Shown: positions 1 to 12,895 of the stretch, piece after piece | Numbering within the stretch: the first letter of the stretch is position 1 | Layout of the letters: each line of letters opens with the position of its first letter | Source: Reclinomonas americana ATCC 50394 | Taxonomy: Eukaryota | Assembly: GCA_048213135.1 (NCBI GenBank) | Contig: PS015078.1 | Span: forward strand, 45,309-109,308 | Reading direction: 5' to 3' | DNA length: 64,000 nt | Position numbers and translations under genes: made by a program | The notes under the pieces: model-generated | Databases searched by the model: none | Seen by the model: only the letters and a program-made list of their open reading frames with translations | Told to the model about the DNA's origin: nothing

Positions 1-69
1 GCGCGGAGCTTTCTTTGATGGGAAATGAATGAAGGACAATGCAAGAGGACGGACACGACGACAACTGTA

Positions 70-3000
70 TTATCTCGAGCTTGTTGGTGCTAAAGGTGGC
101 TGCTGTGAGGATGATGGTGGAGGCCGCTGCTGTTGCTGCTGCTGCTGCATAACGTATTCGGTGAGTCGCATGTGGGTGTCCTTGAGCACGGCGGTGGAGA
201 TGTCGCGAGGTGGCTCGGAGAGACGGTGGGCGTGACGTCTGGCACCGGTGCGTGGTTGTGGTTGCAGCTGTTGAGTAGGTGGTGGTGGAGGAGGAGCAGC
301 TGCTGCTGCGGCGGCGGGGCGGCTTCGACGTGGTCGCGGACGTGTTGTTTCGTCGACTTCGGCGTGCTCCAGTGCGGTGAGGTCGTCGACGGAGGAGCTG
401 CGCCGCCGGACATGCATGTTCTGGTGGCTGTTGCTGCGTGGCCGTGTTGATCCACGTACTGGCGTGGGCGAGCGACGACGAGGTGTGGCGCCGGCAGCTG
501 CGGCAGCGGCAGGACCGCCTCGGCTGGCCGACGTCGGTCGTCGCTCCACGGCGGCCGTCGATGCAGATCGTCGTCGCGTGACGCTGCTGCTGGTATGCTG
601 CTGTTGTGACAGTGGCGGCGGTGTGGCTTGTGTGGCCTGGATGCGGCCCGACGACGAGGCACGCCGCAGTTTGCTGCCGCTCGATCCGCCAGCTGCCGCC
701 GACGAGGCCGAGGATTGCCTCGGCACGGTGCCGGCAGCCGAGGGTGGCGTAGAATGTAACACGTGGGCCGACAGCGCAGTCGACGAGGCGGCGGCTGTGG
801 CCACCCACTCGCGATCCACTGCATCCAGTGCCGTCGTGTACTCGGGCACAAACGGATGATGCGGCGAGCCGTGTGCTGTCTCGGATGGGTGTCGCTGGTA
901 CGCCGCCGCCGCCGACGCTGCCGCCGGTGGTGGTCTCCGCACATCGCCGTGCGTCAGCGCACGACGTGGTGGCACGCGAGCTTCGGGTTCGCCAGGCGAG
1001 GGCGCTTCGGAGGACGACAGAACGGCGGCGGCCGACTCGGTGCGACGATGCGTCCGTAGTGAACTGGTGGGCGAGTACGTAGATGAAATCGGGCCGGGCG
1101 TATCGTCAGGTGGCGCAGCGGCAGCCGTCGGTGGTGTGGAGGGTGGTGTGGTGGGTGCCGACAGGGAGACGGCCACGGCGGGAGTGAGCGTGGACGAACG
1201 TGGGGCGGCGCCACGCAGCATGCCCACCTCGGAGACTGGTCGAGCGACCACGGTGGGCTCGTACGGTGCATGCAGTGCTCGTTTGGCCGATCGCGTCGCT
1301 GGGGAACCGTGCTGCATCGACGACTGCGACTGCAAGGGTGTGGTGGCTGGTCTGAGTTGTGACGATGTGAACGAGTGGTCGACCTGTCCATCAACGGCAC
1401 GGGAGTGGGTGAGCATTTGATGAAAGTATGGGTGGCGGATGCGACGCACCATGCTCTTCTCCAGATCCATCTGCAAAATGGTCTTGCGCAGGTATTCCTT
1501 CTTGATGCGTTGGTACTGCCAGATACATGCGCCGATGAGTGGGAGAAGCAACAACACAGGAACACACGATCGAGCGCACTTCGCCCTCCAACGAGGCAGC
1601 CTCCCGGTCCACTTCGCGCAGGTCGTCTTCCAGCATCACTCGCACCGATTTGTCTGCGACGCAAAAATGTGATGAGAACGCAAAGCAGTCCACGATCAGT
1701 GCTGCGACTCGCGACACCTTTGCAGTTGTGCACTCGGATGGCCAGCTGATTCCTCTCGGCCAGCTTGCCTTGCACCGCTCGATGCAGTCGCGACATCTGT
1801 GCCGACGGCGAGAGTGAGACAGGTGGCGATATCGTCAGCAGATGATTGCGCAGACTGTACCTCTTCCTCTGCAAACTCTTTCCACGACGCCAGCGGATGG
1901 AAGTCGGCCTGTTGCGTTGAGAAAGAGTCAGTGGATGAAGAAGTGAGATGCCGAATGATTGCAATACAAACACATACCCTGCCTGCGGCTGCACGCCGCT
2001 CTGCAGCATCGCGCTCACGTGGTGGCGACACCCACGCCTCCCGCACGACCGGCGATTCAGCGGCCGCCATGGAAGCTGCACATCAAGCAAGTGAGAATAG
2101 AGCGAGGATGGCGTCACCATGCGCGCACACAACAAGCACGCGCACCAGCACGAGAAAGCGATGACGGCTGCAGCGCTGGTGGAGGCGACGGCTGCGGTAG
2201 TTGTTGAGGGGACGGAATTGTGATGGGACCCATCGAGGCAGAGCGATCGCGCGATTGACTGCACGCGACAAAGCGAGTCAGAGATGATGAGTGCAAAAAA
2301 ACTACAACACCATCCTTGTTGCACGCACGTTTGTACAAGGCGATGCTGTGCGGCGACGGCTTCCACTCGTGCACGCAAATCCGACATGCCGGCAGTGGCA
2401 GCCACAGACGAACGAGCGGCAAAACTAGGTGGAGGTGGGCTTGGATTACTCTCGGCGACGGCTGGCGCACTGGCCACTGACGCCGAGCTCCGCGATGACG
2501 AGGGTGTGGACTGGGATGACGGCTGCTGCAATCTCTGTCAGCCTGTCGAAGTCCGAGGAAGACAATCACCACACGCACACACCTGCGCGGTAAAATCGCC
2601 GGCCAGCGACACCGTTGCGGGTCTGAATTCCGAGCCCGCGACACCACTGTGCACGCGCACACTCGCATGTCAGTAACGATGCAGCGAGTGACAGTGGTCG
2701 TGGCACGAACAGACCTGTCGACAACCTGCAGTGGTGCCACAGCCAGTTCACGCGTCTGCTGGTGCACCTGCCCTTGCTGCAGCGTGCGACTCCTGCGCAC
2801 CATTAGATTCCGAGTCAGCGGCGAGAGGGAGGAGGCGCAGCAGAGTGACAAGCAAGCAACCACGACACCGATCAGATGAAGTAAAAGTGAGCACGGCCGA
2901 CCCGTTAAGGGCCGACGAGTGCGTAATGGGCGGTCTTTCCAACGGCTCGTGGACAGCGGAAGATCGTCGCCCACTGGACGGTTCTCCACCTCGGTCGGAA

Positions 3001-6000
3001 AGGCCTTGGTCCACTCTGGCAGAGCAGACGGTGAGTGACTGGAACCTAGAATGAACGCGCAGCCAAACACACACTCAACTGCCGCTGCAATTGCTCGAGC
3101 GCAAAGTCCCGGTTGCGTACGGTCTGACGCAGCGTTTCGACATGTCCCTGCATCTCGACGAGCTCCTTTCGCAAATCCTCACGCTCGACTTGCAAACTCG
3201 TACTGTTTCGCGCATCATGAGTTCATCTGCACACGAGGCAGGTCGTGATGCCGAGACGCAACATGTTGCGGTGCACGGCCGCCAGTTCCTCATTCTTCTC
3301 TGCCAGCTCCTCCTTCACGGCCGACATCTGCGCAGGGCGTGATGATGAATGACTGAGGGATGATATCACCTGCTCACTGCACTTGGCCTCGCACCTTTTC
3401 GCGGTGCTTTCGATCGCGCTTCTCCAATCGCTTGTCCTCCTCCAGCATGCGACTCTCCAGCTTGCGAATCGCCAACTCCAGATCTTTCTTGAGCTGTGCG
3501 ACGTTGTTAGGATGACGCCCTCCCAAATGACTTGTGTGTGGCGACGCCACGCGCACCACTTCGTTGATGTTCTTCAGGCGTTCCAGGTTGTCCTTCAGGC
3601 TCGAGATCTGCCCGCGGTACTCGTCCTCTGACGACGTGCGCTCGGCCTCTGCAATCAACAATCGCTCTTCTGCCCGATCGGCCACTTCGCGCGCTCGTCG
3701 GTACTCGGCCTCCAGAGCACGACACGCTGTCTCCAGAGCACCGGCTCCGAGATCTGAGAGGGAGACAATCAATCAGTCGCCTCACCCACCACTGCACAGA
3801 AGTGCCTGCTACATACCACCCGGTTGCACCGTGTGTGATAGAGCCTCGTCATTGACAATGCGACTGATGGCCTGCACCAGCGCCGTGTGCAACAGCAGGA
3901 TGCGCTGCCGCTCAGCACCATACGTATCGGGATCCACACTTGCCGAGATAATTGCCAGCGCCTCGGCGCGTTCCACAGCATCGCTCTGCGACCCCACAAA
4001 GCCGTGTGAGTGCCTTCTCACGTGCCAGCAAAATGAGATGGAGAGAAAGGATAGTACGCACTCGTTCCTGGGAGAGCTTGGCACAGTGCTGTCGCAGTTG
4101 AAGCACCTGATCGTCGAGTTCCTGTCGTGGGTTAAATAAAACTCACACTCAGCCTCCTGTCGCATGCGCAACGTGGACACGACTACAACAACGCACTCGA
4201 ATCTGCAGGGCTTGCTCCGCTGCCGCGACACTGGCATGCTCCAATCGGGAGCGCAACTCGGCAGCCGCCACCGCCGCCACATGAGACTGCTGCGATGGCG
4301 GGGTGGCACCTGCAGTACCACTCATGTGGCCGGCGCTCGCTGTGCGAATCAACTTTTGTTGCGCCTGCAGCTGTCGGCTAACACTCTCCAACTTGGCCAA
4401 CACCTCTGCGCACGACGCATGAGAACATAGAGAAGCACGTGAAGAGTTCAAACGCTGGCGGACCTTGAGCGGAGGCGCCAGACGAAGTAGATGACATGCC
4501 GGCAGACAGGCTCTGCAGCACACGTTGTGTCTCCTCCATCGATCGCACGAGGCGGTCGGCATCAGCCACCGGCATGTCACTCTGCGACACAACACAACAG
4601 AGTGTCGGCCATCGACGCACAAGACGGAAAGAAATCTCGTCTCCTCCCTATACCTGTGCGGGCAAACCACGCTGCAGCAACGCGGCAAGCTCGCGCTCCA
4701 ACTCAGAGAGTAGCAGTCGGTAACGACCGGCCGTGAATCGGCTGCCGGTGGTGTTCAGGCTGAGCGCGCTGGCATGCAACGACGACATTTGCTCGGATCC
4801 ATCCTGCGCAGTTTGCGTCTCCACTTTAGTGAAACGAGCGATGATATCTGTAGCAGTGGAGCGGCATGTGTGCACCTGCAATGCAGTGATTGCGTCGGCG
4901 ACAGAGCGACTCTCACGAATGCGTCGCAGTGTCTGAGCGAGCTCCTCGTCAAACAGATTGCGCTGTGCTTCCAGTTTCTCGGCCAGCTGCATGACAATCA
5001 ACGAATGATGAGAGACGCAGTGCTCGTAGAGGCGTAGAGAGGAGACGCACATCGAGTTGCAGCCGTTCGTTTTCTCGACGCAGTTCATCCTCGCGCTCCG
5101 AGTAGTCCGACGAGAGTGCCTGCAGGCGGCGCGAGTGCTGCTGCTGCAGCTCTCGGTAGGCATCCTTCCAGCAGCGCAGCTGCTCCTGCAACACCTGAAT
5201 CTCCACACTGCGCACCACACGACACAGAGGTCAGCAAACAGAAGGAACAGAAACGTATGAAAAAGGAGAAGCCGAACCCTGGTGTGGATGGCACTGGAAC
5301 GCTGTCCGAGTTCGGAGCCAGAAAGTCGCCCACCATCTACACATACACACATACAGACGCCGTCAACCCTTCAGCTTGCCTACACCAGGCAGCGGCGGCA
5401 ACACGCAACAGGCGACTCGGGAACCGGAATCGGCGCGACCGAGAGCGGCGGAGGCACCGACTGCACGGCACCACCTCCCTGCCGAATCTGCGACAATGCC
5501 GACGAGAAGTCCAGCTGTGGCGTGCCCGTCACCTGTCGCCACCAGCATGAGCACCCTTGTCCCACTCTCGCCCCATGGCACACACACAACCGAACCTCGG
5601 GCGACGGCGACGGCGACTGTCCACTGCGGCGCACACGACTCAATCGCCTCGCCATCTCCGGTTGCATGTGCGGTGGTGGTGGCAGCAGCGACATGCCACT
5701 GCCTGCATCCAGCGGCGGCAGCGAACCCGACGATCCCGACTCGACTTGCGACGAGGCGGACACTGACGATTGCTGCCGCTGATGCTGCTGCTGTTGCGCT
5801 GTGCCCTCGGCCGACACCAACTCCAAGTACCGCTGCCATACGTGAGCCGGCAACGAGTCGCGCTTGTTTACAAAGTCTTGCAGGTCAGGCGACACCACCA
5901 TCCCTCGAACATCTTCTTTCCATACACAAAACACACAAATCAATGAATGAGAATGCGCAACACATAATGATGTCTCGTACGCACTTCCATTGACCGCCAA

Positions 6001-6314
6001 TGAGTCGCTCTTTGCTGTGGGCAACGATGATGACACTGCTGCTGCGTTGGGTGTCGACGACGAGGAGGAAGAGGAGGAAGACGAGTACCACGATGAGTCA
6101 TCATCCTCATCCTCATCATCATCGTGGAGATGCTTGTCATTGTCGCCAGCCACACGCACGTCATCCATTGTCGCTTGTGTAAGCTCCTCGTCCAGGCGAC
6201 GCACGACGCTGCGCCCTGGCGCACTCACTCCTGCGATTGCTGCACTCAGTGGATCGTTCTCGCACTCACTCTCTTCACACACACACATACACACACACCG
6301 TCGTCCGCAAGCAT
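70..6314 (-). CDS. Large multi-exon coiled-coil protein with Ser/Asp-rich N-terminus and Pro/Ser/Ala/Gln low-complexity C-terminus (could be two genes; start uncertain)
   Basis: Chain of minus-strand exons separated by short GT-AG introns, e.g. VEIQVLQEQLRCWKDAYRELQQQ, LEAEYRRAREVADRAEERLLIAEAER, LKKDLELAIRKLESRMLEEDKRLEK, YQRIKKEYLRKTILQMDLEKSM. The terminal exon ends at TAA (70-72). No family recognised. Confidence 0.55.
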
Positions 6315-6530
6315 GGCTCGAGGCTCGACGACGGTCAGTGTCTCTCTCTCGCTCTTGTGTCGTCGATGGAGAGAATGCAACGGACGCCCGCCACCTTTGC
6401 TTGCCAATTTTTGGTAACGAACTTCGATCTCAGAGGCGATCGACGTCGCAAGTGCGTGGCGAAACACGGATACTATGCGTATACTATAGTTGGAGTTTGG
6501 TCTAATGGATTATGTTTCTCTACTGCGTGG

Positions 6531-8569
6531 CTATCGTGCGGGTTGGTGGACTTCGGCAGGCGACGTTGAGTCGACCTTTGCCGTTTCCTCCACTTCCTCC
6601 TCCTCCTCTTCGCTGTCGGCCTCGTCGAGTGCGTCCAGCAGCGTTCGCTTGTCGCCGTGCATGTCGGCCAGCTCGACGTCGTTTTCTGGCGGATCGAGAG
6701 TCTCTGCGGTCGTTGTCGTCGTGCTGCTGCTGCTGCTGGTCGCCGCCGCTTGCTGCGTGGCTTTGAGTTGCTGGCGGCGGCGGACCAGCAGGAACACGGT
6801 CACACTGGCCAGCACAATCGCAGCGCCAGTGTACTGCAGCGGACTTGTGATGGTGCGCCTGCACAGCGAATCCGTGAGCTGCAAGCAAGGAGGCAAGTCG
6901 ATTGAAAAAATCACATACCCCAACACCACCCAGGCGAAAAACGTGGAAGACACCAGTCGCACAGGCATGAGGCTGCTGTGCGTTGGTGCACCGATTGCCA
7001 CAATCACTCTCATCTGCAGCAAGTTGATGAACCACACCAGGCCTGTGTGCGTTGTGTCAGGACTTGTGGTGTTCCGTGACTCACGACAGCAGCGCACTTA
7101 CCCACGGATTGGTATACAAGGCTAAGCCAGCCCTTCCATGTGATTCTTGCCCAGAAGGTCCAGTCTGCGCGCAATCCAGGTGAGTGCATCGGGCACGGAG
7201 CGCAGGTGTCTGGAATGCGCTGCGGCGCACTGACCTTCATTGGAGAGGTACGACACGAGGGGTGCGTAGAAGATGTGTGACATGTTCTGGAAGGTGAAGA
7301 GTGTTTCGGAATTGCTGAGAGCGACCGCAGTGAGACACGTTCCCAGTTGCCACACACAGAAGGGTACGTGAGACTTACACTCCTCGCAACGCCTTCACTT
7401 GTACTGCATGCGAGGACAAGTCACAACGGGGGTCACTGCTGCGAGACACGCACACTGGTGCAAACGTACCAAACCACACGGCCAGCACACAGGCATTACC
7501 AAACGACACTGCACGAGGGTGACAGTGAGTGATCAGAGAGGCACACGCCACGAGCATGACAGCAACGCACCTCCAATGCCAATCGCGTCGTACATGGTCA
7601 ACTCGCTAAAGCCGACGGAGAACAACTGCAGCCGGGTTCACTGTCATGCACGCTGTGGACAGTCGAGAGAAGCACAGGTGATCCACGCAACGTTGGTGGA
7701 CAGCATCAACAGCGTGCCAAATGTCGACGCCAATGCCGTCCAAACTGATTCACAAGGTCAGGCAAACTGACGACTGCGCTCAAGCATCGCAGCACGAAAG
7801 ACACGCAACTGGTGATCGACGGGATGCGTTCACCGTACACACATCGAGCGAGCAGTGCAGTCAAGAACGGCGCCGTGAGCATGACCGCTACGTGTCACGA
7901 TCGATCGAGTCAGCAACGACACAGCAGACTGTCTGCAAAGATGCATGCATGCCAGACCGGAGAAGAACACAGCTGTGGGGAGCACAGGTGAGAGGCAAGC
8001 ACGCAAGGCAGCACATAAGGAAACCTTTGGAGGACGCAACGAGAGGTTAACCGCGGCGCCCAGGCTCCCGACGACCACATCTGTCAAGTCACTCAAGTCA
8101 CTCAATCACTCACTCACGTGATCACTGGCTGCATGCGACACACTGACCAGCATGACTTCTACCATGAAGCACCAGGTGGACCATCGTTTCAGCGCAGCCC
8201 ACTGCGTTTGCGCGGTCACACGTGTGTGATTGGGAGGGGTCAGTGACTGACACACACCTTGATCTTGCCTTGTGGGATCCACACGGGCAAGAGGGCCAGG
8301 AACACGGGAAAGGTGATGATCAGGTTGCCGAGAATCGGAGGAACACCCTCGTCAAGCTGCATGTCAACTGTGTGAGAGAGCAACGAGAGAGAGAGACAAG
8401 GAGGCAATGCATTGACCTGAGTGAAGCGACCAAACACGGGAAAGGTGCCGAGGCCGACGTGTGTGACGATGCTGCCAATGTACCAGCGGATGCGTGAGAG
8501 GAGGGACTCGGTGCTCTTTGTGGCCTCCGCAGGCCCAACAATGGCCAGCGAGGAGGAGGAATGCGACAT
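6531..8569 (-). CDS. Drug/metabolite transporter (EamA/DMT-like) multi-pass membrane protein
   Basis: Hydrophobic exons YIGSIVTHVGLGTFPVFGRFTQ and GNLIITFPVFLALLPVW. The C-terminal IGAPTHSSLMPVRLVSSTFFAWVVLG..TITSPLQYTGAAIVLASVTVFLL pattern is typical of the last DMT helices. Acidic tail. Confidence 0.65.
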
Positions 8570-8742
8570 TCACACCACTGATGACAAAAACACGACAAAT
8601 CTGCCCCAAATCAGACTTTAAAATACTGTCCAAGTGGCGATCGGAGTGCCTCTTCCTCACTGCGTGGTCGCCTGCAAAGCCCTCTGGTGGCCCTTGCTTT
8701 CGGCGATGTTCGCTTTCTGCATGTTGTTACGTATCTACATTA

Positions 8743-10570
8743 TCACCTGAGAATGACTCTTGCCACTGTGCGCCAAAAGTACGGCAACTCGCTCCACGGG
8801 CTGACCGAGTCGTTGTGTCGCCCGCTGTATGTCTGTCCTCGTGTTGGATCGTATGCTGGCGCGTCTGCCAGTACGCTGTCGACGGCGAGGAGGTACTTGG
8901 TCGCCAGATCGGCGCCGGGGCAGGAGCGTTCACCGGCGCCGAACACCGGGCATGCGCTGCCGTGCATGATATCCGAGGCAAACATGACGACCTGCGATGG
9001 CTGTGAGAGAAGAGCAATAAGAATGCAAATGCATTTGCTGCGAACGAACCTGAGTGTTGGCAGGCACAACGACGCGATCGTCGTCCATGATCGCCTCGCT
9101 CACGAACCGCTCAAAGATCGGAAATGGATGCATGGAGCGGAGGGCGTGGTTGAGCAGCGCTGCGTGGGCGCTGCTGTCGGCAGATGGCACTGCGTGCCGA
9201 TGCAGATGCATGGCGGCGAGAACATCGCCGGTGTTGATGGACGGCGAGATAATGTACGGTTGCAGCAGCAGCGAGAAGCGCGCCGGCTGCTCCCACTCTG
9301 CACCGAAAACGCCAGACCATCGCTCGCTGGGTCGAATGAGGCGGCGGAGAAGCACGTCGACGGCGCGGTACTGCACGGACTTGTCGGCGGCACCGCGCAT
9401 GGCCAGCTCCTTGCGCCACTCCATCGATGCCTCCACGAACACCTCGAACTCGTCGCACCACTCCACGTCGAACAGATACTCGATGAAACACTGCAGCGAT
9501 AGCCGCGTCAGCACCACCGCGTCGATCCGACGGTCGCCGCCACGGGCGAGCAAGTTGCGTGCGTGCTTTGTCGCAATGTCGTGCATGACGGCCGTCGGCG
9601 GCGTCCGCGGAGCGACGTGAGCGAGAAAGTCGGCCTTCATCGCGGTCCACAGCTCACCGTCCACCGACTCCAGTGACAGAATGGGCGACCAGGCCGGCAC
9701 CGCCACTCGCATCTCCAACGCAAAGCCCTTCCGGTTCGACGCCTTCATCACACGCCGCGCCACCGCCGGATCCGCGACATTCATCACCCGCACACCCCGC
9801 ACGAGTCCCATCAGGCGAAACAGCGACATTTGCAGCGCACGGCGGGTGGCGGGCAAGCGCAAGCACACCAAGCAGAAGTTGCCGAAGCGATAAAACAGGC
9901 AGGCCACGAGGTCGAGGTGCACGAGCGCCAACTCGTGCGCGGCAAGCGGAAACACAAACAGCAGCGCCGCCGTCAACACCTCGAACGAGTATCGATGCCG
10001 AAAGAATCGCCACGTCTCCCAGTGCCGATCGCCGTACTCGCAAAACGCCTGAATGAGAAACAGCGCAATCCACACGGCACCGTATCGCTCCAAGCCGCGC
10101 ACACTGCCCGTCACACTCAATTGCACCGCCACGATCACCAGCGTTCCTCCACCAATGCCAGTGGCCACGCGCCACGCCGCGGTATCGATCTTTCCCGCGA
10201 CAAAGTCACCCGCGATGGTCTTGGTGATGTAAAAGAGCATGGTGGGGTCGACGGTGGCATCGCGCACCCACACCACTGCGGCGGCGACAAACAGAACAAC
10301 ATTGATCGCCATCGGAAACATCTCCGTGTTCACCAGTGCGCCGGCGACTCCAAAGCACGCGTAGTGCACCCATCGCGACGACGCAAGTAGTGGCTCTACA
10401 GTGCCTCTCTGCTGTTGGTGCCACAGCAGGGAGAGGAGGAGCAGAGTGGCGAGTCGCACACTGCCCCAACCGTACTTGATCAGACGATCGGAGTTCCAGA
10501 AACCAGATGGCGCAGGTGGAAGATGATGCGCAGGCGCGGCTAATGATGGGGAAGGCGATGCGCGCGACAT
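8743..10570 (-). CDS. Atypical cytochrome P450 with N-terminal multi-pass membrane domain (2 exons; intron 8992-9049)
   Basis: Splicing VPANTQ|gttcgt...cgcag|VVMFASD joins the long ORF to the exon with the heme motif FGAGERSCPG. HALRSMHPFPIFER sits at the K-helix/beta1-4 position. The first ~240 aa are hydrophobic. Confidence 0.8.
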
Positions 10571-10790
10571 TGTCTCCGAATGACGGAAATCCTTACCTGA
10601 CTGAACAATGCATAACTTCGACTTCACGCACTCACGCGGTTTCGTCTTTGCGTGGCGATACGCGGTGACTCGTCAGCAGCTCACAGCTGGTCGAGGTAGG
10701 CCGCAACTGGTCACCAGCGTTGAGTCGGATTTCGTGCAGGACCGAAGTCATCATCAGGCTCCTCTTTCACGCGCGTGCACAGTGTGCGCG

Positions 10791-12750
10791 ATGACTGTGT
10801 TAGTGCAGTTTGTGGTGGTCGACTGCGTGGTATGCGTCCACTCTTCTCTCCCCCTCTCCCTCTCAGTGTTCATCACTCATCATCCCTTCTCTCAGTTATG
10901 CGCATGTTACACTGCACTGCTCATTGTCGGCGCTCGTCGTCTTCTCAAGCTGCCCGCCGCCAGTGGACGAACCGGAACTGAACATGCAGACTCGGCCTCG
11001 GGTGAGCAATGTTGTCTCTCCAATCAAAGGAAACCCGGCGCCCACGCATGCGCTTCTCACAGACGAAAGTTCGGCACTGATGACATCGCGTCGTGCTCTG
11101 CAACGCGTCAAGCAACGCGGTCGTCGCTATCGTGTGACTCTGTGTGTGCTGATTGTGCTGGCCAGTGTGAGTTGCGTGCCGACTGACCACACTCTTGCGG
11201 AAGAATATAGACAGTGTTCTCAGTGACGATGCAGTGCGTATCGCCTTTTTCGCCACGGACTCGGTGTTTCATGAGAATCCACGGGATCCCGATGGATGGA
11301 GACATTCAACGGGAGCGACAGCTCTGGATTTGTTCCCGGCGCTCATGTTTAGCAGTGTGCAGCTGCTGGTGCTGTTCTACTGGTCTGTCGCGCAAGCGCG
11401 CGTGTTGCTGCTGCGCCGATTGTTGGGCATGGCGTGCTCATATGCCGTGTGTGTAGGGGCCAGACGATTCGTGCGTTTCGTGTGTCGAACAACTCGGTGC
11501 CGAAGATCTTCCTGGAGCCGAGCATTCCGAGCTCACGGCACGATCACTTTGATCCGTCGCCCGTGTCGGCCGCCTCTGGTGCCGCGTTGCGTGAGTCGCT
11601 GGCCTCGTTGCCGTTGCCGGCGACTGCGTTCCGTGTGCAGTCGACGTCGTCGGTCAATAGCGGCGGCAGTGGTGCGGCGGCGCGTGCTTCCGACAGTGGC
11701 CAGTTCCAGGTGGTGTCTGTCGACGAGCATGGCATGCCTGCGTTTGGCGCTGTCCCGCACACGGGTGGCGACGTGGGCGATCAGGAGACGCTGCTGGCGG
11801 TGCCGCCCATGGCGCCCATGAAACCCAAGCAGCATCGGTGCGATCGTGTACCTTCCCTGCCGCACACATCGACGTTCTTGTTATTTTCCTCACTCTCCGC
11901 GTGCCCGCACAGACGACGCATGACGTTCCTGTTGTTGAACATTGTGGCGTACACGCTTCTCGGCATCATGCTGGTGGGTTGGGCGATGCTGCGCGCCGCA
12001 TCCTTGTCGCCACGCTCACCCACTCATCGATGCGACAGGTTTTCATGGAGGTGTTCGACGACGACTTCACTTACCAGACGCCGACGCTTCTCGGGCCACT
12101 CGGCATCGCCGTGTACATGTATGTGGCGACGCTGTTCGTGTCGTGCGCCATCGGATTCGCGGTGCTGGGCATCAAACTCATCCGCCGGCTACGACGCACA
12201 CCACTGTCGATACCCGTCGTGAACACGCGGTTGACGCCGATTTTGCGCAAAGTGACGCTGCTGACGGTCTACTGCACGCTCGTGTTTGCCACACGCAGCA
12301 TGTTTATCGCGCTGGAGTCCTTTGTCTCCGTGTTGCGTACCGATCAGTGCCTGGGAGTTCTTCCGTATCGCGACACTGACCACCTGTGCGCGTGCAGCAA
12401 AGTGAACGACTACTGGGAGAGCTTTGTGGTGCGTTGTTGTCGATGCAAGCCGGCAGCTGCGATTCGTGCTCACTGTTTACCACATGCAGGGCAACTGGCT
12501 ATTGCTGGAGGTGATTCCACTTGCGCTCGTCCTGTTGTGGATGCCCCAGGAGCGTGCACTGGAGGATGCCAGCAAGCGCGACTCGTCAGAGAGCACCGCC
12601 GCAGCTGCAGTCGCGCCCGTCGCCGACTCGGTGTACACGCGACCCGTGGCCACAGCTGCACAAAGAATACCGGCGTCGAATTCATCCTCCTCAAGCTCCC
12701 GACCTGCAGCGGTCGGCTCGCTGCCCGGACCAAGTAATAGGTCGTTGTAG
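10791..12750 (+). CDS. THH1/TOM1/TOM3 (GPR137-like, DUF1084) 7TM protein, copy 1
   Basis: Exons give DLFPALMFSSVQLLVLFYW, GFAVLGIKLIRRL, LRKVTLLTVYCTLVFATRSMF and LLEVIPLALVLLWM, matching the TOM1-family helix pattern. Divergent from the P450 gene. Confidence 0.75.
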
Positions 12751-12895
12751 TGAATGGTTTTATTGTATTGCTTAACCACGAGGAAAGGAGAGTGATATGA
12801 CGAAGGGCGAAGTCCGCGTGATTGTGACTTTGGACGGACTTCGCTCATTTTCGCCAGAGTGCAAATTTGTTATCAAACGAAGGGAGCTGTGCGCG

